A stretch of DNA of 64,000 nucleotides from the NCBI GenBank assembly GCA_001567355.1, contig JYNZ01000003.1, positions 530,263-594,262 of the forward strand. Reading direction: 5' to 3'. A program made the position numbers and the translations under genes. Position 1 is the stretch's first letter. Each line of letters opens with the position of its first letter. This DNA is from a candidate division WS6 bacterium OLB20. Lineage in GTDB: Bacteria > Patescibacteriota > Dojkabacteria > B142 > OLB20. This document shows, piece after piece, positions 1 to 9,084 of this stretch. The notes beneath the pieces are model-generated. The model was not told the DNA's origin, ran no database searches, and was given only the letters and a program-made list of their open reading frames with translations.

Positions 1-98
1 CAGATGCATATTTCTGTACAGGACCTGTTTTCACTCTCCTCTGTTGTTGAAGTTTTATGAACAGTTTTTAGTAGCTGTTCAAGTTTTCTGTACAGATT

Positions 99-127
99 TT
101 GTAGCTGCGGGTTTTTTCTGCTACAAT
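99..127 (+). promoter_or_regulatory. Candidate sigma70-type promoter (TTGTAG -35, 17-nt spacer, extended -10 TGcTACAAT) driving the leader RNA upstream of the first operon
   Basis: Read directly: TACAAT at 122-127 preceded by TGc, TTGTAG at 99-104; AT-rich context. Confidence 0.35.
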
Positions 128-133
128 TTCATC

Positions 134-362
134 TCTTGATCGTATAAGAAATGCTTTGACCCGGTTCGTCACCGGCGAGCAGGATGAAGAATCCTCTACC
201 CTGTTGTATGTCAGAGGAGGTAGAACATTCCGGGTAAGCCCGTTACTGCTGAAAGAGTCCTGCCCGGGCAGGTAATGATAGGGTGGTACCTCCTTTTACC
301 GAAGGACCCTATCCGCAATCGCAGCTGTATAGCGGTTGACGGATAGGGTTTTTGTTTTTTCA
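134..362 (+). promoter_or_regulatory. Candidate T-box riboswitch leader (tRNA-sensing transcription attenuator) upstream of the operon ending in valS
   Basis: AUGAUAGGGUGGUACCUCC at 276-293 matches T-box consensus AAUNAGGGUGGNACCGCG. The antiterminator is AGGG(280-283), 7-nt bulge UGGUACC(284-290), UCC(291-293), loop, then GGA(304-306) and CCCU(307-310). It competes with the terminator CCCUAUCCG(307-315)/CGGAUAGGG(341-349) plus T-run. A stem-III-like palindrome CCTGCCCGGGCAGG lies just upstream. Confidence 0.6.
307..360 (+). terminator. Intrinsic terminator of the T-box leader (CCCTATCCG ... CGGATAGGG + TTTTTGTTTTTT)
   Basis: 9-bp perfect stem followed by 11-nt T-rich tract immediately before ATG at 365. 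Confidence 0.6.
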
Positions 363-364
363 GG

Positions 365-1210
365 ATGATCATCGACGAAAACACACAGGTTATGTTGCGC
401 CTGCATACCCAGGCCAACAACCGCGGCCTCAGGATTTATAATCCCTACTTTGACTGGACCGCGACCAATGCAGTCTATCTGCTTGCGCATAATCCTGATC
501 CTGCACCTCTGCTGCAGGGAATACGCAATCTTAATATTGCAGGCGCAATCGCTGCAGGCTTTGAGCGTAATGAAGCATTCCCTGCTCTGCTGGATGATCT
601 TACCCCCGAAGCACGCGAGGTGGGCAGGGTTGGTATCGTTATCAACCGTGACGGAAAACTCACCGGACATTATCAGGGCGGGAAAGGTCTGTATGACTCA
701 ATTGTCACTGTAAACGGACCGTTCAGGGATAAGACTGTCACCATCCTGGGTGCCGGTGCAGTTGCAACCGGTCTCCTGCTTGAGATGCAGACGTCAAATG
801 ACATACCCGGATCGGTCACGATCATCAACCGCGACACATCAAAAGCAGAGGCGCTTGCCGGACGGTTTGCCTTTGTTAAAAACACAGCACCGTTTACGAC
901 ACTCTCATCTCAGCAGGGCGACGTGTTTATTGACACAACCGACATTGGTTCTCCCTGGAACAAAGGTGAAGACCACGTCTATACACCCGAATTTGTTAAG
1001 CAGTTCAGTTTTATCGGAGATGTGACATTTGTACCGGTCGAACCGCAACTCATCAAAGCAGCACAGGAGGCCGGAGTGCCCTACGCCCCCGGTCACCGCA
1101 TGTTTATGTACCAGGCAAAAGTCTGCCTCGAACGCATACTGGATCATACGCCGGAGCTGACGGTGTTTGAGGGACTGATGCTGAAAGATTTTGAAGTTAA
1201 CTGGAGCTGA
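365..1210 (+). CDS. Shikimate dehydrogenase family (AroE-like) NAD(P)-binding protein; catalytic Lys of the NxTxPxK motif not evident
   Basis: ILGAGAVATGLLL Rossmann motif; VTIINRDTSKAEALA and DVFIDTT segments align to E. coli AroE; 281 aa. Confidence 0.45.
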   Translation: MIIDENTQVMLRLHTQANNRGLRIYNPYFDWTATNAVYLLAHNPDPAPLLQGIRNLNIAGAIAAGFERNEAFPALLDDLTPEAREVGRVGIVINRDGKLTGHYQGGKGLYDSIVTVNGPFRDKTVTILGAGAVATGLLLEMQTSNDIPGSVTIINRDTSKAEALAGRFAFVKNTAPFTTLSSQQGDVFIDTTDIGSPWNKGEDHVYTPEFVKQFSFIGDVTFVPVEPQLIKAAQEAGVPYAPGHRMFMYQAKVCLERILDHTPELTVFEGLMLKDFEVNWS

Positions 1211-1671
1211 TGCCGCAACTGTTTTACACGGGCGTAAAAGGGATAGTGCATAAAGATGGCAGACTGCTGCTGCTCAGCTGTCCTGATCAGCTTGGCAGGT
1301 CGTACTGGGATATACCAGGTGGCAGGATCGAGCCAGACGAAGACATTAGTGCAACACTTTTACGCGAGCTTGCAGAGGAGCTTCCCGGACTGACATCAGT
1401 ACAGCAGGGACCGCTTGTTCACGCAGCCCGGATGGCGAGAATGCTGAACGATGGAAACGGTCTTATGCTTCTGTTTTACCTCGTCAGTGGCGATATCAGT
1501 AATAAGCCTGAGCTGTCCGAGGAACACACCGGATACCGCTGGGTCACCAGAGAGCAGGCAGAAACAGTCGGTGACGATCAGACCTATATTGACGAAGGCT
1601 ACCGGACTGCACTCTTAAACGCTTTTACATTTATTGATTCTCAAAGCTATGCTACCCAAAGGACCATATAA
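1210..1671 (+). CDS. Nudix hydrolase
   Basis: Nudix box GGRIEPDEDISATLLRELAEELPG (GX5EX7REUXEEXGU). Confidence 0.7.
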   Translation: MPQLFYTGVKGIVHKDGRLLLLSCPDQLGRSYWDIPGGRIEPDEDISATLLRELAEELPGLTSVQQGPLVHAARMARMLNDGNGLMLLFYLVSGDISNKPELSEEHTGYRWVTREQAETVGDDQTYIDEGYRTALLNAFTFIDSQSYATQRTI

Positions 1672-1770
1672 CGCACAGGAAACCGAGCCTGCTATTCTTG
1701 CATTCTGGATGGAACGCAAGTTCTTTAAGCCTGAGTACCATCCGAAAAAGGGCTGCAGACAGAAGACAAG

Positions 1771-4332
1771 ATGAAACGTGACGGTCGCGAGACGTTCTCG
1801 ATCGTAAACCCGCCACCAAATGCGTACATGCGTCCACATATCGGCAACGTTTCAGGATACGCTTATCAGGATGTACTCCTCCGCTACCACCGTCTGTTCG
1901 GCAAAAAGGTGCTTGGTCAGCCGGGCAAAGACCACGCCGGGATACAAGGCGAAGTCGTTGTCGAAAAGATCTTTATCGAAAACAAGGGTAAGACCAAGCT
2001 GGATATGGGCCGCGAAAAGTTTTACAAAGCCAGTTACGCGCACTTCGAAAAGCTGATGCCGATGGTAATGTCTGATGAACAGCGCATCGGTCTCTCAAGC
2101 GATTATGACCGCAACCTGTTTACACTTGATCCCAAGGTTGTCGAAACCGTGCTTGGTACATTCATTAAAATGTTTGCTGACAATATGGTGTACAAGGGTG
2201 TTCGCATCGTCAACTGGGACCCCGTCGCGCAGACCACTCTTGCTGACATAGACACAGAACGTGTCGAGCGTGAGACCGAACTGGTCTACATCAAGTACCC
2301 TGTCAGCAGGCAGCGAGTCTGGTTTCTCTCATTCCGAAGCAAAGAGGTGCTGGAACGTATCCGTTCGGGTAAAAAGACAATTGAAACACGTGCGCTCAAT
2401 CCTGATGAACCGGACAGATTCTTTGGCGACATCCAGACGGGCGACCTCATCGTCTGTGTTGATAAAACAGACGGTCAGACCCTGTACCGAAAAGTCAGAG
2501 AGGTGACTGCGTTTACATCCATGAAGGATGCGTTTGACGGACTGGACCTCAGACAGGTATTTGAACAGGAACCCGGCAGTCTTGATGAAATGCGTGAGCG
2601 CTATGCCTCTCTTGCAGACGGGTATGCAGAACGCATTGATAAAAACGGTCTGGTTGCAATCACATTCGCTGAGCTGGGCGATGATGATTTTCTGACTGTT
2701 GCCACCACACGCGCCGAGACCATGCTTGGAGACACTGCCATTACGGTCAATCCTGCTGATAAACGCTACAAAGAACTTACCGGCAAGACAGTCGCGCTGC
2801 CTCTGGTCGACAGGACGATTCCGGTGATCACATCAGCCCGCGTTGATAAGGAGTTTGGTACCGGAGCCGTCAAACTGACACCCGCACACTCCTACGACGA
2901 CTATGTGATGATGACAGAATGGAACGAAGAGCATCCTGATGATGCTGTCGGCTATATCAATATCATCAGCAAGGCAGGTACCCTGTCCGGTCCCGTACCC
3001 GAGAGGTATTGGGGAATGAAAAGCGAAGACGCACGCGCTGCAGTCATCAGGGATCTTGACCGTATGGGACTGATCGTAAAGCGCGAGCCTCATACTCAAA
3101 GCGTTATGATCGGAGAACGTTCCAAAGCCGTCATCGAACAGATCATGTCATCGCAGTGGTTTATTGACGTCGAACGCCTGAAGCAGCCGGCGATCGCAGC
3201 TGTAAAAAACGGTGACGTCACAATCCATCCCGAATATATGAACAAGAAGTACCTGCACTGGATGGAAAACCTGCACGACTGGCCGGTGTCGAGATCTCTC
3301 TGGTGGGGCTACCGTATTCCGGTCTGGTACAAAGGAGAGCTGAAGGAAGAGATAAACGACGAGGGTCAGGTAATTGAGAGCATTAACGGTACAGCCGTTA
3401 AAGGGATCTACGATGCAGTTGAAAAGGGTCTGGCACTGGTTCAGATTGATTCCCCCGGCGAGGGCTGGATTCAGGATGAGGATGTGTTTGACACCTGGTT
3501 CAGTTCCGGTCAGTGGCCGTACGCCACCATAAAGGCAAACGGCCTGATGGATACGTTCTACCCAACCGATGTCATGGAGACGGGTTACGACATTCTCGAA
3601 CTCTGGGTCAGCCGGATGATCATGCTCTCACTCTACACACAGGGTACGGTACCGTTCACAAATGTATACCTGCACGGTCTTGTTAAAGCACCGGACGGTC
3701 AGAAGATGAGCAAGTCAAAAAACAATGTCATCGCACCCGAGGAGATCATCAAGGATTACGGAGCGGATTCACTGCGTCTTCTCTATGTCGTCGGTAACAA
3801 GCCCGGGTCGAGCTATCCGGTGAGCTACGAAAAGCTTGAGGGGTATAAACGCTTTCTCAACAAAATCTGGAACGCTGCCAAGTTTGTTCTGTTAAACCTG
3901 CAGGATGTCGATGGAGCAGCGCTGGAAGACATGGACCGGACAAAGCTTGCTTTCAATGATGACGACCGGACTATGCATGCACATCTGGACGCACTGGTAT
4001 CGGAAACAAAACGACGAATGGAAGGCTTTCATCTAGGAGTTGCAGCGCAGGAGCTGTATGACTCATTCTGGCACACGTTTGCTGACATCTATATCGAGCA
4101 GATAAAGGAACGGCTCTATACAAGGGATAAAGAAGGTAATCCGCTCAACATGGAGGGAGATGATCTGGAGAGCAGACGAGCGGCTCAGTGGTCAGCCTAC
4201 ACTATCCTGAAGACCTACCTGGTTCTGCTGCATCCGTTTATCCCGTTTATCACCGAAACAGTATGGCAGGAGCTGCCCAGGTATAAAGACGATGCGGAAA
4301 CGATTATGTACGCGAAGTGGCCGGGATCCTGA
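1771..4332 (+). CDS. valS: Valyl-tRNA synthetase. The true N-terminus (about 40 aa starting at ATG 1649) lies in another frame, and an ASCH-like domain is inserted around aa 180-300.
   Basis: PPPNAYMRPHIGN HIGH region, KMSKS, VATTRAETMLGDTA, DWPVSRSLWWGYRIP (ValRS WCISRQ-like), VKLTPAH. The upstream frame encodes YNAQETEPAILAFWMERKFFKPEY, a typical ValRS N-terminus. Confidence 0.9.
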   Translation: MKRDGRETFSIVNPPPNAYMRPHIGNVSGYAYQDVLLRYHRLFGKKVLGQPGKDHAGIQGEVVVEKIFIENKGKTKLDMGREKFYKASYAHFEKLMPMVMSDEQRIGLSSDYDRNLFTLDPKVVETVLGTFIKMFADNMVYKGVRIVNWDPVAQTTLADIDTERVERETELVYIKYPVSRQRVWFLSFRSKEVLERIRSGKKTIETRALNPDEPDRFFGDIQTGDLIVCVDKTDGQTLYRKVREVTAFTSMKDAFDGLDLRQVFEQEPGSLDEMRERYASLADGYAERIDKNGLVAITFAELGDDDFLTVATTRAETMLGDTAITVNPADKRYKELTGKTVALPLVDRTIPVITSARVDKEFGTGAVKLTPAHSYDDYVMMTEWNEEHPDDAVGYINIISKAGTLSGPVPERYWGMKSEDARAAVIRDLDRMGLIVKREPHTQSVMIGERSKAVIEQIMSSQWFIDVERLKQPAIAAVKNGDVTIHPEYMNKKYLHWMENLHDWPVSRSLWWGYRIPVWYKGELKEEINDEGQVIESINGTAVKGIYDAVEKGLALVQIDSPGEGWIQDEDVFDTWFSSGQWPYATIKANGLMDTFYPTDVMETGYDILELWVSRMIMLSLYTQGTVPFTNVYLHGLVKAPDGQKMSKSKNNVIAPEEIIKDYGADSLRLLYVVGNKPGSSYPVSYEKLEGYKRFLNKIWNAAKFVLLNLQDVDGAALEDMDRTKLAFNDDDRTMHAHLDALVSETKRRMEGFHLGVAAQELYDSFWHTFADIYIEQIKERLYTRDKEGNPLNMEGDDLESRRAAQWSAYTILKTYLVLLHPFIPFITETVWQELPRYKDDAETIMYAKWPGS

Positions 4333-5572
4333 CTGCATTCCCGTGCGGCAGTGTCATGACCAGCGCCGTGCCTGAGATGTACTGCGGCTCTGTCTGCGTT
4401 TCATCGTGAGGCTCGTCCGGATCCCGAAACGGTACAAATGCCGGGAACTCAGCCCCGAAGCACTCTGCCAGATGCTGTTGCAGGTCGTACGGCGAGCGCA
4501 TTGCAGAAACATGCGCATGCGGCAGCAGTATCTGACTCAGCTGCCGGTATTCCTGAGCATCTGTGGTTTCCATCAGAGACATTGCGCTGATCCGGGCATG
4601 ATACGGATGTATTCCTGCTCCATCATTAAAACTCAGGAGGTCAAGCATTCCGCCTCGCGATACAGTGTTCCGCAGAATGTAATAGAGTCCCTCACCGTCA
4701 CTTCCGCGTGAGCTGACACCCTTTTTAAAGACTTCCCCTGCCTGTTCCATAGGGATACCTTTTCCATTATCAGCCCAGACCAGCTGGATATGATCACCGG
4801 CTGTGCGTGCGGAGAAGATCTGTGCAGTGCCGTATCTGCGTGAGTTTTCGAACAGTTCCAGGCAGTCAATTGCAACATTAGGAGGTATTACCATACCCTC
4901 ATCATTCGTGCGGTACTCAAAACCTGTATTGAACACCCGTGCCCTGTATTTCAGAAACTCGCCGATCATGGTAACCGGTACCGGTTCACCATCAAAGATT
5001 CTGACTGCAAGTTCCACTCCAACGAGAAAGGAATCAGTCTTGCCGGCAATCTCGGTCAGTGCGGATTCTATGCCACTCCCCTTCTCATAATTGTAATCAA
5101 GGATCATGGCAGTGCTGTTGAACGGATTTGCAAGATTATACAGCGTGTGACGCAGGGATGAGACCAGTGGATCAGACTCAGTCGAAATCTGTTCCGCAAG
5201 CCGGGTTTCTTTACCAAGTATGTATGCACGAAGCCTGAGTACCTCAGAAAGAATCTGAGCTCCTTTTACCCCCGCGAAACCTTCAGAAAGCTTGCCTATT
5301 ACTTCGTCCACATAAATCTCGTAAAGTGAAGAGCCGAATGACTCATTCTGCATATCGCCTGCAAACTGTAGAGGTAACGGATCGGAAAAACTGTAGGTTT
5401 GCATCTCCGACGTGTGCCCGCGAAACCGCAGGTAAGGCCTGCCTGTCTCGATATCGGTCACCACTTCTGAGCCGACGTTCCAGACACGGTCATCTATAAA
5501 CTGATGCGTCCTGACGGGCACACCCGATGTTTCAAACGACCGGTTATTGTGTGTGAATTTGCCTGTTTCCAT
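4304..5572 (-). CDS. GHKL/HATPase_c-domain protein (histidine-kinase-like ATPase, no clear DHp H-box)
   Basis: N-box ELFENSRRY, G1 DNGKGIP, G2 GSDGEGL. Confidence 0.5.
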   Translation of the reverse strand: METGKFTHNNRSFETSGVPVRTHQFIDDRVWNVGSEVVTDIETGRPYLRFRGHTSEMQTYSFSDPLPLQFAGDMQNESFGSSLYEIYVDEVIGKLSEGFAGVKGAQILSEVLRLRAYILGKETRLAEQISTESDPLVSSLRHTLYNLANPFNSTAMILDYNYEKGSGIESALTEIAGKTDSFLVGVELAVRIFDGEPVPVTMIGEFLKYRARVFNTGFEYRTNDEGMVIPPNVAIDCLELFENSRRYGTAQIFSARTAGDHIQLVWADNGKGIPMEQAGEVFKKGVSSRGSDGEGLYYILRNTVSRGGMLDLLSFNDGAGIHPYHARISAMSLMETTDAQEYRQLSQILLPHAHVSAMRSPYDLQQHLAECFGAEFPAFVPFRDPDEPHDETQTEPQYISGTALVMTLPHGNAVRIPATSRT

Positions 5573-5601
5573 ATATAGACATTATATCACAGATCGTATT
5601 C

Positions 5602-6504
5602 TCACTCCACCGGCAGGGCTATGGTTACCTCTGTTCCATGTGTGCTGGAAGGCTCATACCCCTTGGATACCGGAACGTATGTGCTCATAGTGTACACCGT
5701 CCTCGGGTCTGACACGGGTTGTGACTTGTGCCGGGACGAGATCCGCAGGATACCGCCGTGATCAAGCGCGTACTGACGTAAAAATGCCAGCCCGCTGCCC
5801 GTACCTGTTTTTCTGCGGGTATAGCCTGCCTGCACATTAGCCGGGATCTGTTCCGGCAGCATACCGTCGCCGTTATCTGTGATACTGTATGTTTTGTATC
5901 TGTATTCAGAGCCTGGCCTGTCTAATCCATCGGTAGAGACTGCCAGCTCACCCTGGGTCACAACGATCGATCTCGCATTCCAGTAGGACGCATTGATTAC
6001 ACACTCAAACAGATGAAACGCCAGCTCACTGTCCAGATCACCGGCAAGCTCAACCGGGCGACCATCCGGACCGGTTACAGGCAGATGCAGCGGATCGATG
6101 GAACTGAGCAGAAACTCCATTTCGTAAGCTTCAACGGGTCTGGCTTCGGCTGCCGCATGCGTCAGTCGCATTAGCGCACCGATATAATTGATACTGTGCA
6201 TCATCAGATAGTCGTCTCCTTCTTCAGTCAGACCTTTCTCCATCATCCGCAGAAACGGCCCCGTCTTATTCAGAGCGCCGTTAAGCGCATGTAATACTAC
6301 CGGCTGATTTGGAACCCGGGACAGTGTATCGTCAGAGATAAACGGTTCTGCAGCGGATACGCGTTGTGAGATCCTTTCAATCTCCTGTGACGTAAGTAGT
6401 GACTGAACACGGGCTCCAGTTGAGGCACAGACAAGGTGTCCAGTCTGCAGATCGTGAGTGATCAGGCCGCGAAACAGCTCGGACTGAGGATGTAATTCAG
6501 ACAT
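5602..6504 (-). CDS. Cytoplasmic histidine-kinase-like protein (HATPase_c; possible H-box THDLQTGHL). The start is uncertain and the ORF extends to 6606.
   Basis: N-box HLFECVINASYWN, DNGDGM, GTGSGLAFL; paralog of the downstream gene. Confidence 0.45.
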   Translation of the reverse strand: MSELHPQSELFRGLITHDLQTGHLVCASTGARVQSLLTSQEIERISQRVSAAEPFISDDTLSRVPNQPVVLHALNGALNKTGPFLRMMEKGLTEEGDDYLMMHSINYIGALMRLTHAAAEARPVEAYEMEFLLSSIDPLHLPVTGPDGRPVELAGDLDSELAFHLFECVINASYWNARSIVVTQGELAVSTDGLDRPGSEYRYKTYSITDNGDGMLPEQIPANVQAGYTRRKTGTGSGLAFLRQYALDHGGILRISSRHKSQPVSDPRTVYTMSTYVPVSKGYEPSSTHGTEVTIALPVE

Positions 6505-6529
6505 TGTAATCAGGTTAAAAACGACCCGA

Positions 6530-7357
6530 TTATATACCAGATATTGACAAATCCCGAACAAAAGCGAAAATTTCCGCTGCAAAGGCGGGCTGATTGCGTT
6601 CGCCACGGTGTATCTGCGGGGCGAGATACGGCGAGTCAGTCTCTATCAGAACACGGCGCTGATACAGATCTGCTGCCGACTCGATCCGGCTGCCGAGATA
6701 ACGGTCTACAGCCTCACGCAGATTCTGTGCTGAAGGATAGGTGATAATGCCGTTGATACCTATGTAGTAACCATGTTCCATGATAGCTGCAAGCTCCTCA
6801 TACGTCCCGGTAAAGCTGTGAAATACAGCCGTTACGTCAAACCGGTTTACAACTGCGAGTGTTTCAGCCAGAGCATCCCTGGTGTGCAGGGTAAGCGGAA
6901 GATTATGCAGCTGAGCCAGTTCACACTGCATATACAGCAGCTCCTCCTGGCGGTTACGGATTGCGCGGATCTCGTCATCGGGGAGGTTGTTTTTACGCGG
7001 CCAGTAAAGGTCCATACCGCATTCGCCGATCATGACGAGGTTTCCCTTTAATGCCTCATCAAGACGGTCTCTGCACTGATCAAGCCACCCCGACCCGACC
7101 TCTTCATGCATCTTTGAACCGGGTATTGTGATCTCGGGGTGAAACCCTGCCGTCGGGCTGACAGCGCGGCCTTTAAACAGATGCTGCATGGCGACCGCAT
7201 CGCCGCCGCCTGTTGCAACGTTGATAACAGATGTAACTCCTGCAGCAGCTGCTGCTGCAAGCGTCTCATCAAGGCGGTCAGAAAACCAGGGATCAGTAAG
7301 GTGACAGTGAGAATCAAACAGGGTTCCGGCTTCAATCAGCGATGCAAACAGGTTCAT
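6530..7357 (-). CDS. tatD: TatD family metal-dependent DNase/hydrolase
   Basis: DSHCHL motif, TIM-barrel hydrolase pattern; start overlaps metG stop (ATGA coupling). Confidence 0.85.
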   Translation of the reverse strand: MNLFASLIEAGTLFDSHCHLTDPWFSDRLDETLAAAAAAGVTSVINVATGGGDAVAMQHLFKGRAVSPTAGFHPEITIPGSKMHEEVGSGWLDQCRDRLDEALKGNLVMIGECGMDLYWPRKNNLPDDEIRAIRNRQEELLYMQCELAQLHNLPLTLHTRDALAETLAVVNRFDVTAVFHSFTGTYEELAAIMEHGYYIGINGIITYPSAQNLREAVDRYLGSRIESAADLYQRRVLIETDSPYLAPQIHRGERNQPAFAAEIFAFVRDLSISGI

Positions 7358-9084
7358 ACACGTTCTTTAAGAACAGTATCCCGGTCAAGCTTGGCAAACA
7401 GTATCTCCACCGGTGCCCCGATGCTGAAGCTGTTATGTATGGTAACACCCCAGTAATCAGTATCCACTTCCGGAGCAAGGGCATCCAGACCGAGCATCCT
7501 GCGCAGACGTTCTGACGCATCTGGCATTACAGGAGCGATGAGAACAGAGATATTGGCAAGCAGATTTAAGAGGTTCAGCATGATACGTGCAGCCTCATCT
7601 TTATCCTCCTTGATTACGCGCCAGACAGCTGCCTGTTCGAAATACTGATTACCGGTTCTGGACAACTGCATAATCAGCTCAATCCCCCTGACAAAGTTGC
7701 CATGCTCAAAGGCGCTGGCAACAGAGTCAAATGCAGTATGCAGGGCCGCCATCACATCGTCATCGCAGGTAAATCCATCTCTGGTGATGCTTTCGAACCG
7801 TGTGGCAAAAAATGTGAGCGAACGGTTTGCCAGGTTTCCGAGATTGGCTACGAGTTCATTGTTAATTGTGTCGGCAAATCCCTCCCAGGTGAAGTTTGCC
7901 TCCTTGTGCTCGGGCAGATTGGAAGCAATGTAAAACCGTAACGGGTCGACTCCGTACTTTTCTGCCATCGCTTTTGAGTCTATTGTCCAGCCTCTGCTTT
8001 TACTGAATTTTTTACCTTCGTAATTCATAAACTTGTTGACCAGAACCTGGTCCGGCAGATGATACCCGCGACCAGACCCCATCAGCTGAGCCGGCCACAT
8101 AAGTGTATGAAAGACCAGATTATCCTGACCCATAAAGTAGTAGTGCATGGCATCGGGGTTATGCCACCACTGCTGCCAGTCTGTAGACTGCCCTTGTGTG
8201 CGGCTGAAAATGATCCCGTCGTGCTCCTCTGTCGTAGCAGACCACTCCTGGGGAGCTGACAGATAGCCGATCACTGCCTCAAACCAGACGTATAACTTCT
8301 TGCCTTCATAGGATGCAAGTTGTTTGTCAGGATCAAGCTTTTGTATTTCCTCGACAGGCAGTTCGATTGCCCAGTCCATATCCCTTGTTATTGCACGTTT
8401 ACGCAGCCCCTCATTCAGCCAGCCCTGTGACTCGCTGTGGACCCAGTGCCGCCAGATATCCTCATGAGCTGCGATATACTTACTGAGCTGTGGTGTCAGC
8501 TGTTCAAAATCAAGGAAGTAATGCTCGGTGTCACGAAGCTCAACGGGTGACCCTGTCAGTTTGCTGTGCGGGTCAACCAGTTCTCCATCCTCAATCCAGC
8601 GTCCGCAGTTTTCGCACTGGTCGCTGCGCTGCCCTTCGGTTTTACAGTATGGGCAGGTGCCTTCGACATAGCGGTCAGGCAGAAACTGATCATCCTGTTG
8701 AGCATAATACTGTTTCATCATCCCTTTAACGATGTATCCGTTACTCAACAGATCGAGAAACAATTCCTGTGTGACGCGTTTATGCGTCTCTGTCATCGTT
8801 GTGGTGTAGAGGTTATAGCTGAGGCCAAGCTGTTTAAAAAGAGCAATATCGTTTTTATGATACTGGTCAACAATTTCTGACGGTGATACTCCACGCTTGT
8901 CAGCCTCTACTGTTATCGGAGTACCGTGCGTATCAGAGCCGGATACCATAAGCACATCGTTCCCGCGCAGGCGGTGGTAGCGGGCCATCATATCGGCGGG
9001 CAGAAGATAGCCGCTTAAGTGCCCGACGTGTATGTCGCCGTTAACGTAAGGCCATGCAACTGCGATGAGTATGTGTTTATGCAT
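7354..9084 (-). CDS. metG: Methionyl-tRNA synthetase
   Basis: AWPYVNGDIHVGHL (HIGH), KFSKSRGW (KMSKS), Zn knuckle CPYCK...CENCG. Confidence 0.9.
   Translation of the reverse strand: MHKHILIAVAWPYVNGDIHVGHLSGYLLPADMMARYHRLRGNDVLMVSGSDTHGTPITVEADKRGVSPSEIVDQYHKNDIALFKQLGLSYNLYTTTMTETHKRVTQELFLDLLSNGYIVKGMMKQYYAQQDDQFLPDRYVEGTCPYCKTEGQRSDQCENCGRWIEDGELVDPHSKLTGSPVELRDTEHYFLDFEQLTPQLSKYIAAHEDIWRHWVHSESQGWLNEGLRKRAITRDMDWAIELPVEEIQKLDPDKQLASYEGKKLYVWFEAVIGYLSAPQEWSATTEEHDGIIFSRTQGQSTDWQQWWHNPDAMHYYFMGQDNLVFHTLMWPAQLMGSGRGYHLPDQVLVNKFMNYEGKKFSKSRGWTIDSKAMAEKYGVDPLRFYIASNLPEHKEANFTWEGFADTINNELVANLGNLANRSLTFFATRFESITRDGFTCDDDVMAALHTAFDSVASAFEHGNFVRGIELIMQLSRTGNQYFEQAAVWRVIKEDKDEAARIMLNLLNLLANISVLIAPVMPDASERLRRMLGLDALAPEVDTDYWGVTIHNSFSIGAPVEILFAKLDRDTVLKERV

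Noticed and set aside
211-1147. Multiple short ORFs (211-420, 296-670, 450-713, 475-663, 673-885, 750-1025, 905-1147) overlapping the T-box leader and the AroE-like gene
   Set aside because: Antisense or out-of-frame overlaps of a well-supported CDS/leader; no motifs; typical spurious ORFs
2261-2506. ORF in alternate frame inside valS
   Set aside because: Lies within the ASCH-like insert of valS, which reads through in the main frame; S/R-rich composition typical of off-frame translation
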